From assembly GCA_964524955.1 (NCBI GenBank), contig CAZGEP010000003.1, forward strand, positions 15 to 64,014: a stretch of DNA of 64,000 nt. Direction: 5' to 3'. The notes under the pieces are model-generated. The model had not been told where the DNA came from. It searched no databases and was given only the letters and a program-made list of their open reading frames with translations. Position numbers and translations under genes: made by a program. Source of the stretch: an uncultured Planctomycetota bacterium. GTDB lineage: Bacteria > Planctomycetota > CAZGEP01. Below are positions 1 to 6,592 of this stretch, one piece after another (the first letter of the stretch is position 1; every line of letters begins with the position of its first letter).

Positions 1-1
1 T

Positions 2-184
2 GAAAGACTGCAGGATATCTCCGAACAGGATGCGAAAGCGGAAGGGGTTGAGGCATTTAAGCCTAATATAGAAGGTCTGAAACCATCCTATAAGGTAGGG
101 TTTTTAAGAAAATGGATGGAGATCTATGGTAAAGACACCGCCATAAACCCCTGGGTCTGGGTAATCAAATTTAAACATATATGA
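2..184 (+). CDS. 3' fragment of an ASCH-like (PUA-fold) domain protein; start lies upstream of the window
   Basis: Open frame 2 runs from the window edge to TGA at 182-184. Translation ...ISEQDAKAEGVEAFKP...YKVGFLRKWMEIYGKDT... resembles the C-terminal 'edAraEGf' block of ASCH domains. Confidence 0.35.
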   Translation, partial: ERLQDISEQDAKAEGVEAFKPNIEGLKPSYKVGFLRKWMEIYGKDTAINPWVWVIKFKHI

Positions 185-360
185 AATTTAAAATCGGAGG
201 CTTCCAGGTGATCATTCATCGTGACCGGCCTATAAACAAAAAACGGGTCGAGCAGGAACAAATTGATCGTGCCCGTAAGATCATGCGTGAAACCTTTCCT
301 GTTGATTATAGTGAGGCGTATTCAAAAAAGATCGCAGATAAATTGATAAAGAAATCCTGA
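181..360 (+). CDS. hypothetical small protein (59 aa, basic)
   Basis: ATG at 181 overlaps the upstream stop (ATGA). Uninterrupted 59-codon frame MKFKIGGFQVIIHRDRP...; below the 60-aa cutoff of the supplied ORF track. Confidence 0.35.
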   Translation: MKFKIGGFQVIIHRDRPINKKRVEQEQIDRARKIMRETFPVDYSEAYSKKIADKLIKKS

Positions 361-364
361 AATT

Positions 365-982
365 ATGTACTACGAACTACATGAATTTATCGAATCGGTA
401 GGCCAGGCCCACTGGAAGGATGATAAACATAAGGAGCATCTGTATTATCGGGATGAAATCAAGCCCTGGCAACGTGATGTGTGGGGATTCCATGTACGTG
501 GCCTTGGCGATCTGTGGTATAACACCCTAAGAATTATTATCGAAAAGATTGATAAGAGTGACTGGGCCTATCGAGCGTTCGATCATACCCTGGAGCATAT
601 GATTCAGGGTAAGCGGTGGCCCGATAAGCTGCAGGAGGGTAAAACCGATCATATAGCAAACAATAGACTCCAGAGAATATGGACCAGGCTGCTGTATAAT
701 ATGAACCTGCGAGCGACTAAGATGTATAGGGAGCAGCAGAGCATGACCCGTGACCCCTGGATCATGCTATATGCCTGTGCCATTCACCTTGGCAGAGATC
801 CCCGGACCCTTCCTTATCCGCAATGGTGGCTATATCGCCCCAGGGTATGGGCCTGGATAAGGGCACTAAAAGGAAAGCGAAACTGTTATCTGTTAATGGA
901 TAAAGTCAAACATAAAAAGACGTTCGTGCAGATATTAGATTATTTTATGAGGTGGAGTTATCAGTTAAACCAACAACTATGA
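365..982 (+). CDS. hypothetical protein (205 aa, W/R-rich)
   Basis: Long ORF packed tightly with its neighbours on the + strand; no recognisable motif. Confidence 0.5.
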   Translation: MYYELHEFIESVGQAHWKDDKHKEHLYYRDEIKPWQRDVWGFHVRGLGDLWYNTLRIIIEKIDKSDWAYRAFDHTLEHMIQGKRWPDKLQEGKTDHIANNRLQRIWTRLLYNMNLRATKMYREQQSMTRDPWIMLYACAIHLGRDPRTLPYPQWWLYRPRVWAWIRALKGKRNCYLLMDKVKHKKTFVQILDYFMRWSYQLNQQL

Positions 983-1176
983 AAAAAGAAGAACTAAAAA
1001 AGCTATTATATTTTGCTTATCTATGGGGACGTGACAATGGAGAGGGAAGGAGCGAGAAAAACTTCAATGATTTCTTGCAAACTTCAGCGATATCTAAAGA
1101 ATTGGATAAAGGTGAACCTGAATACAGAAACGTTGAAACAGAAAAACCTGGAGTAAAACGTGGTAGAACCTGTTAA
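979..1176 (+). CDS. hypothetical small protein (65 aa)
   Basis: In-frame ATG at 979 gives an ATGA overlap with the stop of the previous gene; the ORF-track start at 952 would overlap by 31 nt. Confidence 0.4.
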   Translation: MKKEELKKLLYFAYLWGRDNGEGRSEKNFNDFLQTSAISKELDKGEPEYRNVETEKPGVKRGRTC

Positions 1177-1206
1177 TGAGTACGCAACCTATAAAAACCA
1201 ACAATC

Positions 1207-1455
1207 ATGAGTAATAATTTACCGCCAGGAGTTTCTAATGGAGATATACCGGGCAATAGGCCAGAAAATGTATTATACGAAAAGTTGTTTGATAGATTAC
1301 CTTTTTCTATACAAAATGAAATTGAAAAAGAAACGGAATTAGGTAATCAATTAGAAAAATATTTTCAAAAATTAGTTGATTCCATTTTTACAGAAGAAGA
1401 TGTATTACAAGAAATGCAAAATATTGAACCGTATCTACATGAAAAATATGGTTAA
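1207..1455 (+). CDS. hypothetical small acidic protein (82 aa)
   Basis: ORF in operon context; no motif recognised. Confidence 0.4.
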   Translation: MSNNLPPGVSNGDIPGNRPENVLYEKLFDRLPFSIQNEIEKETELGNQLEKYFQKLVDSIFTEEDVLQEMQNIEPYLHEKYG

Positions 1456-1518
1456 TTAATGAGTATGGGGAATGGTTACGAAAAAGAATATCAAAACAAA
1501 TGAAACCTAACTTGTTTT

Positions 1519-1785
1519 ATGAAAACATCGACTTTAGTTATTATTGTATTGCTGTTGGCTATTATATTACAGAACTATGCCCAGCGATTAGAAACAGCAA
1601 GACATCATGAGCAGACCAGAGAGGAGCTGCTTGAAGTGCTGGCCGAACGCAATCAACTGGACTCTCTCTACCGTGATCATCTGGAACAATGCTCTTTTAT
1701 CTCTAAGAAAGAGGTAGCCGTTGATTCCAGGGGATATTTTTACTCAACATATCATAATAACCAATTGTTAACTCAAAACAATTGA
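1519..1785 (+). CDS. small membrane-anchored protein (N-terminal TM helix, 88 aa)
   Basis: N-terminal hydrophobic stretch TSTLVIIVLLLAIILQNY followed by a charged coiled region. Confidence 0.4.
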   Translation: MKTSTLVIIVLLLAIILQNYAQRLETARHHEQTREELLEVLAERNQLDSLYRDHLEQCSFISKKEVAVDSRGYFYSTYHNNQLLTQNN

Positions 1786-1796
1786 AAAAAGGCTGA

Positions 1797-2324
1797 ATGA
1801 ATCTGATTGATAAATACAATGTTTCCTGTTCAGAGGTTGATATGCAGAATTCAATAGTTGATTATATGATGAAAAAAGAATTCCGGCACCAGCAGGGTAG
1901 GTGGGTCGTTGATTATATTAAAGCAAAAGTATATACAGAAATTCATATACCAAAGATAAATCGCCGGAGTGATGTTGTAGTCAAGCTATCTGATAGGAAG
2001 ATCTTTAATATTGAATGTAAGATCAATAATGTAGATGGCGTTATTAGCCAGGCAGAAGATCACCTTTACTGGGCAAACTACTCATATGTATGCCTTCACG
2101 CCATGACGTACATCCCATCATATCAGATCAAAACAATGGTGGAAAAAGGAATCGGGCTGATGCTATGGCAGGATGAAAATATTCATAGCGATCCTCCACG
2201 GAAGACCTGCCTGGTTGATGTCTTTGGGGCTTCCAAAAGTGGAAAAATTAAAAAAGACCTTCGCAAAAAAGTATTGTCAACACTTCGTAAATACGATGTA
2301 ATACAACAAAAATTATCATTATGA
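1797..2324 (+). CDS. VRR-NUC / PD-(D/E)xK-type nuclease-like protein
   Basis: SDVVVK...RKIFNIECKINNVDGVISQAEDHLYW fits the VRR-NUC pattern D-h...h-E-x-K...G-x-h-S-x-x-Q...W. Confidence 0.45.
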   Translation: MNLIDKYNVSCSEVDMQNSIVDYMMKKEFRHQQGRWVVDYIKAKVYTEIHIPKINRRSDVVVKLSDRKIFNIECKINNVDGVISQAEDHLYWANYSYVCLHAMTYIPSYQIKTMVEKGIGLMLWQDENIHSDPPRKTCLVDVFGASKSGKIKKDLRKKVLSTLRKYDVIQQKLSL

Positions 2325-2569
2325 AAGAAAATTTTGGAGGAATTGGAATTGATGCCACAGGATCTGGCATATCCTTCTCATCAGAAGATGATCATTATAA
2401 ACTTGATGGGATAAAAATAGAACGAGTAATATTAGGGGGAAGCCTATGTTCTCAGAGAGATGTAGATCATCTGATAGATTTTTTGAAAATACTAAAATAT
2501 TCATTTCCCAATATTCGGCAGTATTCACCCACACCTGATGAATGCTACGAAAAACCTTCGGGAAAATAG
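2321..2569 (+). CDS. hypothetical small protein (82 aa)
   Basis: ATGA overlap with the upstream gene; no motif. Confidence 0.4.
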   Translation: MKENFGGIGIDATGSGISFSSEDDHYKLDGIKIERVILGGSLCSQRDVDHLIDFLKILKYSFPNIRQYSPTPDECYEKPSGK

Positions 2570-2638
2570 TATTTAATCCAAATAAATTTCGTATCTTTAT
2601 TTATAATTAACAATTATTATTAATAAAAAATTTCAGCT

Positions 2639-3319
2639 ATGGCAAGAGGACAATTTTTAAAGAAGGACTACCTGAATTGCACCAAGGGAAAATGGAGAAT
2701 GAAGGTCAGCGAGGGACACCCAGATGCAAAAACACGTATTGAGGATAACCCCTCAACAGGTGAAAAGGTAACATTACATGAAGTGGTCTATGATTTTATC
2801 TCCGGCACGGTGAAAAAGATCTGGACCGAAACCCATGAGAAATATGGCTCCAAATGGTGTCTGCAAGTTCATGATGGGGATGATATTGTGGTACTGAATA
2901 TCCCGATGAACTCCGGATACGCCAGTGCAACAATAACCAAGCTGCTAAATGCGGATATCACAAAGCCTATCAAGTTTGTGCCGTATTATTTCGAGGAGGA
3001 GAAGAAATCCCGTATGGTACTCTATCAGGACGATCAGAAAGTGGAGAGTCTATACACCAAGGATAGCCAGAAAGACTTTCCAATATTTCCGGCAAGTGAT
3101 GATCAGGATGATATTAACCTATGGAAGATCCAGGTGAACAAGTTTCTGAAAAATAAGGTTAAAGAAAAGATTATTCCTAAGTTACCTGATCTGGAGAATG
3201 ACAGCAAGGAAATGCTTGATTCCATACCACAGGCGACCTCTCCATCTACCACAGAGCAAAAAGATCAGGGGCCTCAAGATGTTCCCTTTCCGGATGATTC
3301 CGATGATCTCCCTTTTTAA
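2639..3319 (+). CDS. hypothetical protein (226 aa), acidic C-terminus
   Basis: Long ORF followed by an intrinsic terminator (3428-3458); no motif recognised. Confidence 0.5.
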   Translation: MARGQFLKKDYLNCTKGKWRMKVSEGHPDAKTRIEDNPSTGEKVTLHEVVYDFISGTVKKIWTETHEKYGSKWCLQVHDGDDIVVLNIPMNSGYASATITKLLNADITKPIKFVPYYFEEEKKSRMVLYQDDQKVESLYTKDSQKDFPIFPASDDQDDINLWKIQVNKFLKNKVKEKIIPKLPDLENDSKEMLDSIPQATSPSTTEQKDQGPQDVPFPDDSDDLPF

Positions 3320-3427
3320 CCATTTTGATTACCATTCTAATTACATTTTCGTATCTAAAGTTTTTGGATGATAATGGGTTTAAATACAGACATGTTATTT
3401 TTTGACCTGTAATGGTTAATCTTGCCA

Positions 3428-3458
3428 GGGGGGAGGTTTTCGGATCTCCCCCTTTTGG
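3428..3458 (+). terminator. rho-independent terminator (GGGGGAG/CTCCCCC stem + TTTTGG)
   Basis: 7-bp GC-rich stem gggggag..ctccccc with a ~10-nt loop followed by a T-run, immediately after the 2639..3319 gene. Confidence 0.6.
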
Positions 3459-3541
3459 TGTTTAAGACCATTAACGTAGGTAAAAATCACTTATGGGATA
3501 AAAAATTGTAATTTTTTGATGTGTTGTATTGTTAAATATTA

Positions 3542-3549
3542 TAGATTTG
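3542..3549 (+). promoter_or_regulatory. Bacteroidetes -7 box TAGATTTG (TAnnTTTG) with upstream TTTG at 3515-3518
   Basis: Exact TAnnTTTG match. The TTTG sits 23 nt upstream, slightly longer than the usual ~19-21 nt. The same TAGATTTGC occurs again at 3968. Confidence 0.35.
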
Positions 3550-3555
3550 CAGTAT

Positions 3556-3789
3556 ATGAGGAAAGCAATTAAATGTTTCTTTATTAGAACCTTCTATAGA
3601 AAGAGGGTTGTAAGGTTTAAATTGGATGCAGCAGAGTATCTGAAAGCCGGGGATATTATGCACGTTGCTGAAGATAATACCTCATATCAATTTCTTTGCC
3701 TGGGTAGGGGTAAGTTTATTCGCCAAAGTGCGATATCTAAGATATCGGTTAACATATCTCCGGGCAATTTAATGGATATTATGCTATGA
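3556..3789 (+). CDS. questionable small ORF (77 aa from the internal ATG; the ORF track gives 3529..3789)
   Basis: The ORF lies in an otherwise non-coding, structure-rich region and would be leaderless relative to the -7 box; may be spurious. Confidence 0.2.
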   Translation: MRKAIKCFFIRTFYRKRVVRFKLDAAEYLKAGDIMHVAEDNTSYQFLCLGRGKFIRQSAISKISVNISPGNLMDIML

Positions 3790-3929
3790 GATGCGAGTTC
3801 TGTACCATGTACTACAAAAAAGGGGAGTTAAAAAAGCACCTGAAAGTGTGCCGGAACGCCCCTAAGAAGAAGTATTCCCAGGAAGATCTGGACCGGCTAC
3901 ATGAACAGCAATACGGAGGTAGCGGATAA
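3786..3929 (+). CDS. possible small Cys-containing (zinc-ribbon-like) protein, 47 aa
   Basis: MRCEFCTMYYKKGELKKHLKVCRNAPKKK...; has a CxxC...C arrangement and is below the ORF-track size cutoff. Confidence 0.25.
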   Translation: MRCEFCTMYYKKGELKKHLKVCRNAPKKKYSQEDLDRLHEQQYGGSG

Positions 3930-3967
3930 TTTTTTAAAGATTATTTTTTTTATAAGAAATATTTTCA

Positions 3968-3975
3968 TAGATTTG
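3968..3975 (+). promoter_or_regulatory. Bacteroidetes -7 box TAGATTTG (second copy); no canonical -33 TTTG
   Basis: Exact TAnnTTTG lying ~90-140 nt upstream of the terminator hairpin at 4066-4117, with no ORF longer than 15 codons between them. Confidence 0.3.
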
Positions 3976-3981
3976 CTTAAA

Positions 3982-4117
3982 CGTTCATTCACATGATAGT
4001 TTATTTTCCACTCAGCAAGAGATTATGATATTGAGTAGACTCTCCCGGTCATACTCTACTAAAGTCCGATAACAACTTTTACTTCTTGCAGGGTGGATTG
4101 TTGTCGGGCTTTTTTTA
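3982..4117 (+). ncRNA. candidate small non-coding RNA (promoter box to intrinsic terminator)
   Basis: Two hairpins: agtaga/tctact around 4034-4058, and ccgataacaa/ttgttgtcgg at 4066-4107 followed by GCTTTTTTT. Only 11- and 15-codon ORFs lie inside. Confidence 0.25.
4066..4117 (+). terminator. rho-independent terminator-like hairpin + T7 run
   Basis: 10-bp stem (one G-U pair) ccgataacaa..ttgttgtcgg followed by gcttttttt. Confidence 0.5.
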
Positions 4118-4178
4118 TTGCCCCGTCCAACGTTTGTCCCCCTATTAAAATTGGAAGGCCATTCGACCAGGTAATATG

Positions 4179-4300
4179 TTTTTTTTTCTGAGAGAGAGAG
4201 CATCTTTTTCTTTTTCTCTTTTTTTTAATTTTTTTTTTCTGTTTTTCTTTTTCTGTTCTGAGTGGCTGAGGGGATGTAGGGATGTAAGGATGTGGCACAA
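4179..4300. repeat. low-complexity tract: T9, (GA)5, ~70-nt homopyrimidine run, then GGATGTR x3
   Basis: tttttttttctgagagagagag...ctttttctttttctcttttttttaattttttttttctgtttttctttttctgttctg, then ggggatgtagggatgtaaggatgtgg. A fourth GGGATGTAA lies at 4365-4373. Confidence 0.8.
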
Positions 4301-4429
4301 AAGAAAGAAACATAATAGCACGTAATATCATATCTTATTTTTAATCCTTAAATTTTTATGATAGGGATGTAAATGCAGCAAAAAATATATTAAAGCAGGG
4401 TATAAACATATTGTCGGGTTCAGGGACTG

Positions 4430-4567
4430 AATCCTACGTTAAGCAAAAACAAGGTGAGGCGTTGCCATCAGGTGAGTCTGCGACCCTTGAAGCCCAACCC
4501 ATCGGCTCTGCCGTGGGTGGGTAGTTCACTGGTAGAAAAAGGGAGGTGAATAACTTCCCTTTTTTTA
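4430..4567 (+). ncRNA. structured non-coding segment, possible second small RNA
   Basis: Imperfect 12-bp hairpin cccaacccatcggc/gccgtgggtggg (4493-4521), then terminator hairpin gggagg..cttccc + T8 (4541-4567). No ORF. Confidence 0.2.
4541..4567 (+). terminator. rho-independent terminator (6-bp stem, 7-nt loop, T8)
   Basis: gggaggtgaataacttccc followed by tttttttatt, just upstream of the 4622 gene. Confidence 0.5.
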
Positions 4568-4621
4568 TTTACAGTAATTTCATAAATTGCTAAACATTAA
4601 TGTTTAATTAAAAATCATATC

Positions 4622-4912
4622 ATGGCAAATTTGAAAAAAGAAGAAAGAGTATTGAACCACCTGGTTGATAAGATTCATCTTGCAGCCAGAAGGGGAGTTC
4701 TGAACAAAGAGGCCGGGTCCGTTACTAAAAAAACCATCAAGCGTTATCTCCAGGAGCTGGAAGCCCCTGCAGATGATGAAAAGCTGAAAAAAGAAATCAA
4801 ATCTCTCCAGGCATCCAAAGCTGCATTGACAAAATCCAACGATGATTTAAAGAAGAAGGTTGAGAAGTTGGAGGCTGAGAAAAAAGCTGAAAAAGATGCT
4901 GCAAAGGGTTAA
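4622..4912 (+). CDS. Lys/Glu-rich coiled-coil small protein (96 aa)
   Basis: KKEIKSLQASKAALTKSNDDLKKKVEKLEAEKKAEKDAAKG; first gene after the non-coding hub. Confidence 0.5.
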   Translation: MANLKKEERVLNHLVDKIHLAARRGVLNKEAGSVTKKTIKRYLQELEAPADDEKLKKEIKSLQASKAALTKSNDDLKKKVEKLEAEKKAEKDAAKG

Positions 4913-5249
4913 AAAATTTTTTAAATGGGTGATCGACTGGCTATGGACCAGGCCGGTCACCCGAAAAACAGAACCGAAGGCTACAGAGGTGATCCATAAC
5001 TACGAACTCATCGAATACCGTGGGATGAATATCACAATGACAAATCGTGAGAAATTCCTATGGGAGAATCACCTCAACAGGAAACAGAAGAACGATATCT
5101 TAAAGAATCATAAAAGGAAGTTACAAAAAGGCGAATTGATAATGGTCGAGATAAATGGCCAGATGGTCGCCGTAAAAAACAAGCAGTATGGTACTAACGC
5201 ACGAACAGATATCCGGGTTAAAGCCCATGAACAATCATGTACTGATTAA
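4896..5249 (+). CDS. hypothetical basic protein (~117 aa from the internal ATG; ORF-track start 4860)
   Basis: ORF overlaps the end of the previous gene; start ambiguous. Confidence 0.35.
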   Translation: MLQRVKKFFKWVIDWLWTRPVTRKTEPKATEVIHNYELIEYRGMNITMTNREKFLWENHLNRKQKNDILKNHKRKLQKGELIMVEINGQMVAVKNKQYGTNARTDIRVKAHEQSCTD

Positions 5250-5952
5250 ACTATCAAGAAAAAAAGATGAGATAAAGACTCCGGGTGGGGGTAAGTTATA
5301 TATAGATCCCACCTTCGAGGAGGAAAAACATTTTCCCGTTACTGGTTATGTGATCGCCAGACCACGATCACTATTCTATTCCGATAAGATAGGAGATTCA
5401 CATAGTATGCCCTGGAAGACCGACATTGAAATTAAAGAGGGTGATTATGTGATTTTTTATTATATGGCGGTCCTCAACTGCATGGGAACCCTGGATCAGC
5501 CAGGGGGAAACGGGAAGTATTTTAAAGATCCGGATGGCGGTGAGTATATCATGATCACGTATGATAATCTTTTTGTGGCCAAGCGTGATGATAAGATTAT
5601 ACCCTTGAATGGCTATTTACTACTGGAGGCCGTTGAGGATTATGAGTATCGATATCAAAAAGAGAGATTTGATAAGATGGGATTGACCTTGCCGCCAAAT
5701 TATACCCAGGCGTTCTCCAAAGAGGGAGTGGTTAAATTTATCGGAACACCTAACAGGGATTACAGAGACAGAAATAGAAGTGGAGATAAATATCATACCG
5801 ATGAGGGTATTGATATTGAAAGAGGGATGAAACTTATTATTCGCAAGGCAGCTGATATCCCATTGGAATATGAGTATCATGCCTCCCTGGAAGGAAGAAA
5901 GAAATTTTTAAGAGTGCAACGAAGATATATCCTGTATGCAGAATACGAATGA
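5226..5952 (+). CDS. protein with GroES/Cpn10-like N-terminal domain plus ~150-aa extension
   Basis: From the internal ATG: MNNHVLIKLSRKKDEIKTPGGGKLYID...PVTGYVIARP parallels GroES (P-L-x-D-R-V-L-V-K...E-x-K-T-x-G-G-I...G-x-V-x-A-V-G). ORF-track start is 5188. Confidence 0.35.
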
Positions 5953-6592
5953 GATATTTGCTGACAATGAGTTTGATAAGATGATGTTCAACGTGTACCG
6001 GGTACCACATAACCGGTCCGTTTTGAAAGCATTTGCAACCTTATCTAAATTGCCGGAGTTGAAAAAGAGACTCTCCGGTGGTCTGGATAAAAATAAGGTG
6101 CTGCGGTATATATGCTTCATGTATGATAAAAACTCCCCACTGCGTAAGCGATTTCCTAATATTATGAAACGCAAAATTGAATCAGCCAGGCTGGCCGGGT
6201 TCAAATTGGACGAGGAAGGGATCTTTACCGAGAATGTTGAGGATATGCTATCGGGGAAGAACAGATCAGTCAATAAAATGATTATTGCTGTGGTAAGATC
6301 TCATCGTAATGTGAAGTATTCATACCTGGTAAGTATTGAGGAGAGTTTCTATTTTATGATGGAGGAGGTGGTCGGTGGGGAGATGAAAAACATGGGCCGC
6401 CTGAAAGAAGTGCAGAATGAGATTGAGGAGACAGTTTTGGAAATGATGAATGAGGATGATAATCCTCTTATTAAAGAGGAACTGTTTAAGTACATGGAAG
6501 AAGAGAGATTGAACTTACGACCGGAGGATATCGCAAGGAAAAATCGGAAGAGAGATGAAAAATCTGAGGGAGATAATACAGAGGAATCCTGA
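5936..6592 (+). CDS. hypothetical protein (218 aa); terminase small subunit by position only
   Basis: Immediately precedes the putative large terminase; acidic C-terminus; no motif. Confidence 0.3.
   Translation: MQNTNEIFADNEFDKMMFNVYRVPHNRSVLKAFATLSKLPELKKRLSGGLDKNKVLRYICFMYDKNSPLRKRFPNIMKRKIESARLAGFKLDEEGIFTENVEDMLSGKNRSVNKMIIAVVRSHRNVKYSYLVSIEESFYFMMEEVVGGEMKNMGRLKEVQNEIEETVLEMMNEDDNPLIKEELFKYMEEERLNLRPEDIARKNRKRDEKSEGDNTEES

Noticed and set aside
4059-4331. Minus-strand Lys-rich ORFs 4059..4331 and 4012..4203
   Set aside because: Translation artefacts of the homopyrimidine/(GA)n tract (poly-K from AAG/AAA on the reverse strand).
4420-4510. Possible tRNA in the non-coding hub (GTTCAGGGACTGAATCC looked T-arm-like)
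   Set aside because: No 7-nt T-loop of TTCRANY type and no matching acceptor stem could be built by eye; better explained as short hairpins. tRNAscan-SE would settle it.
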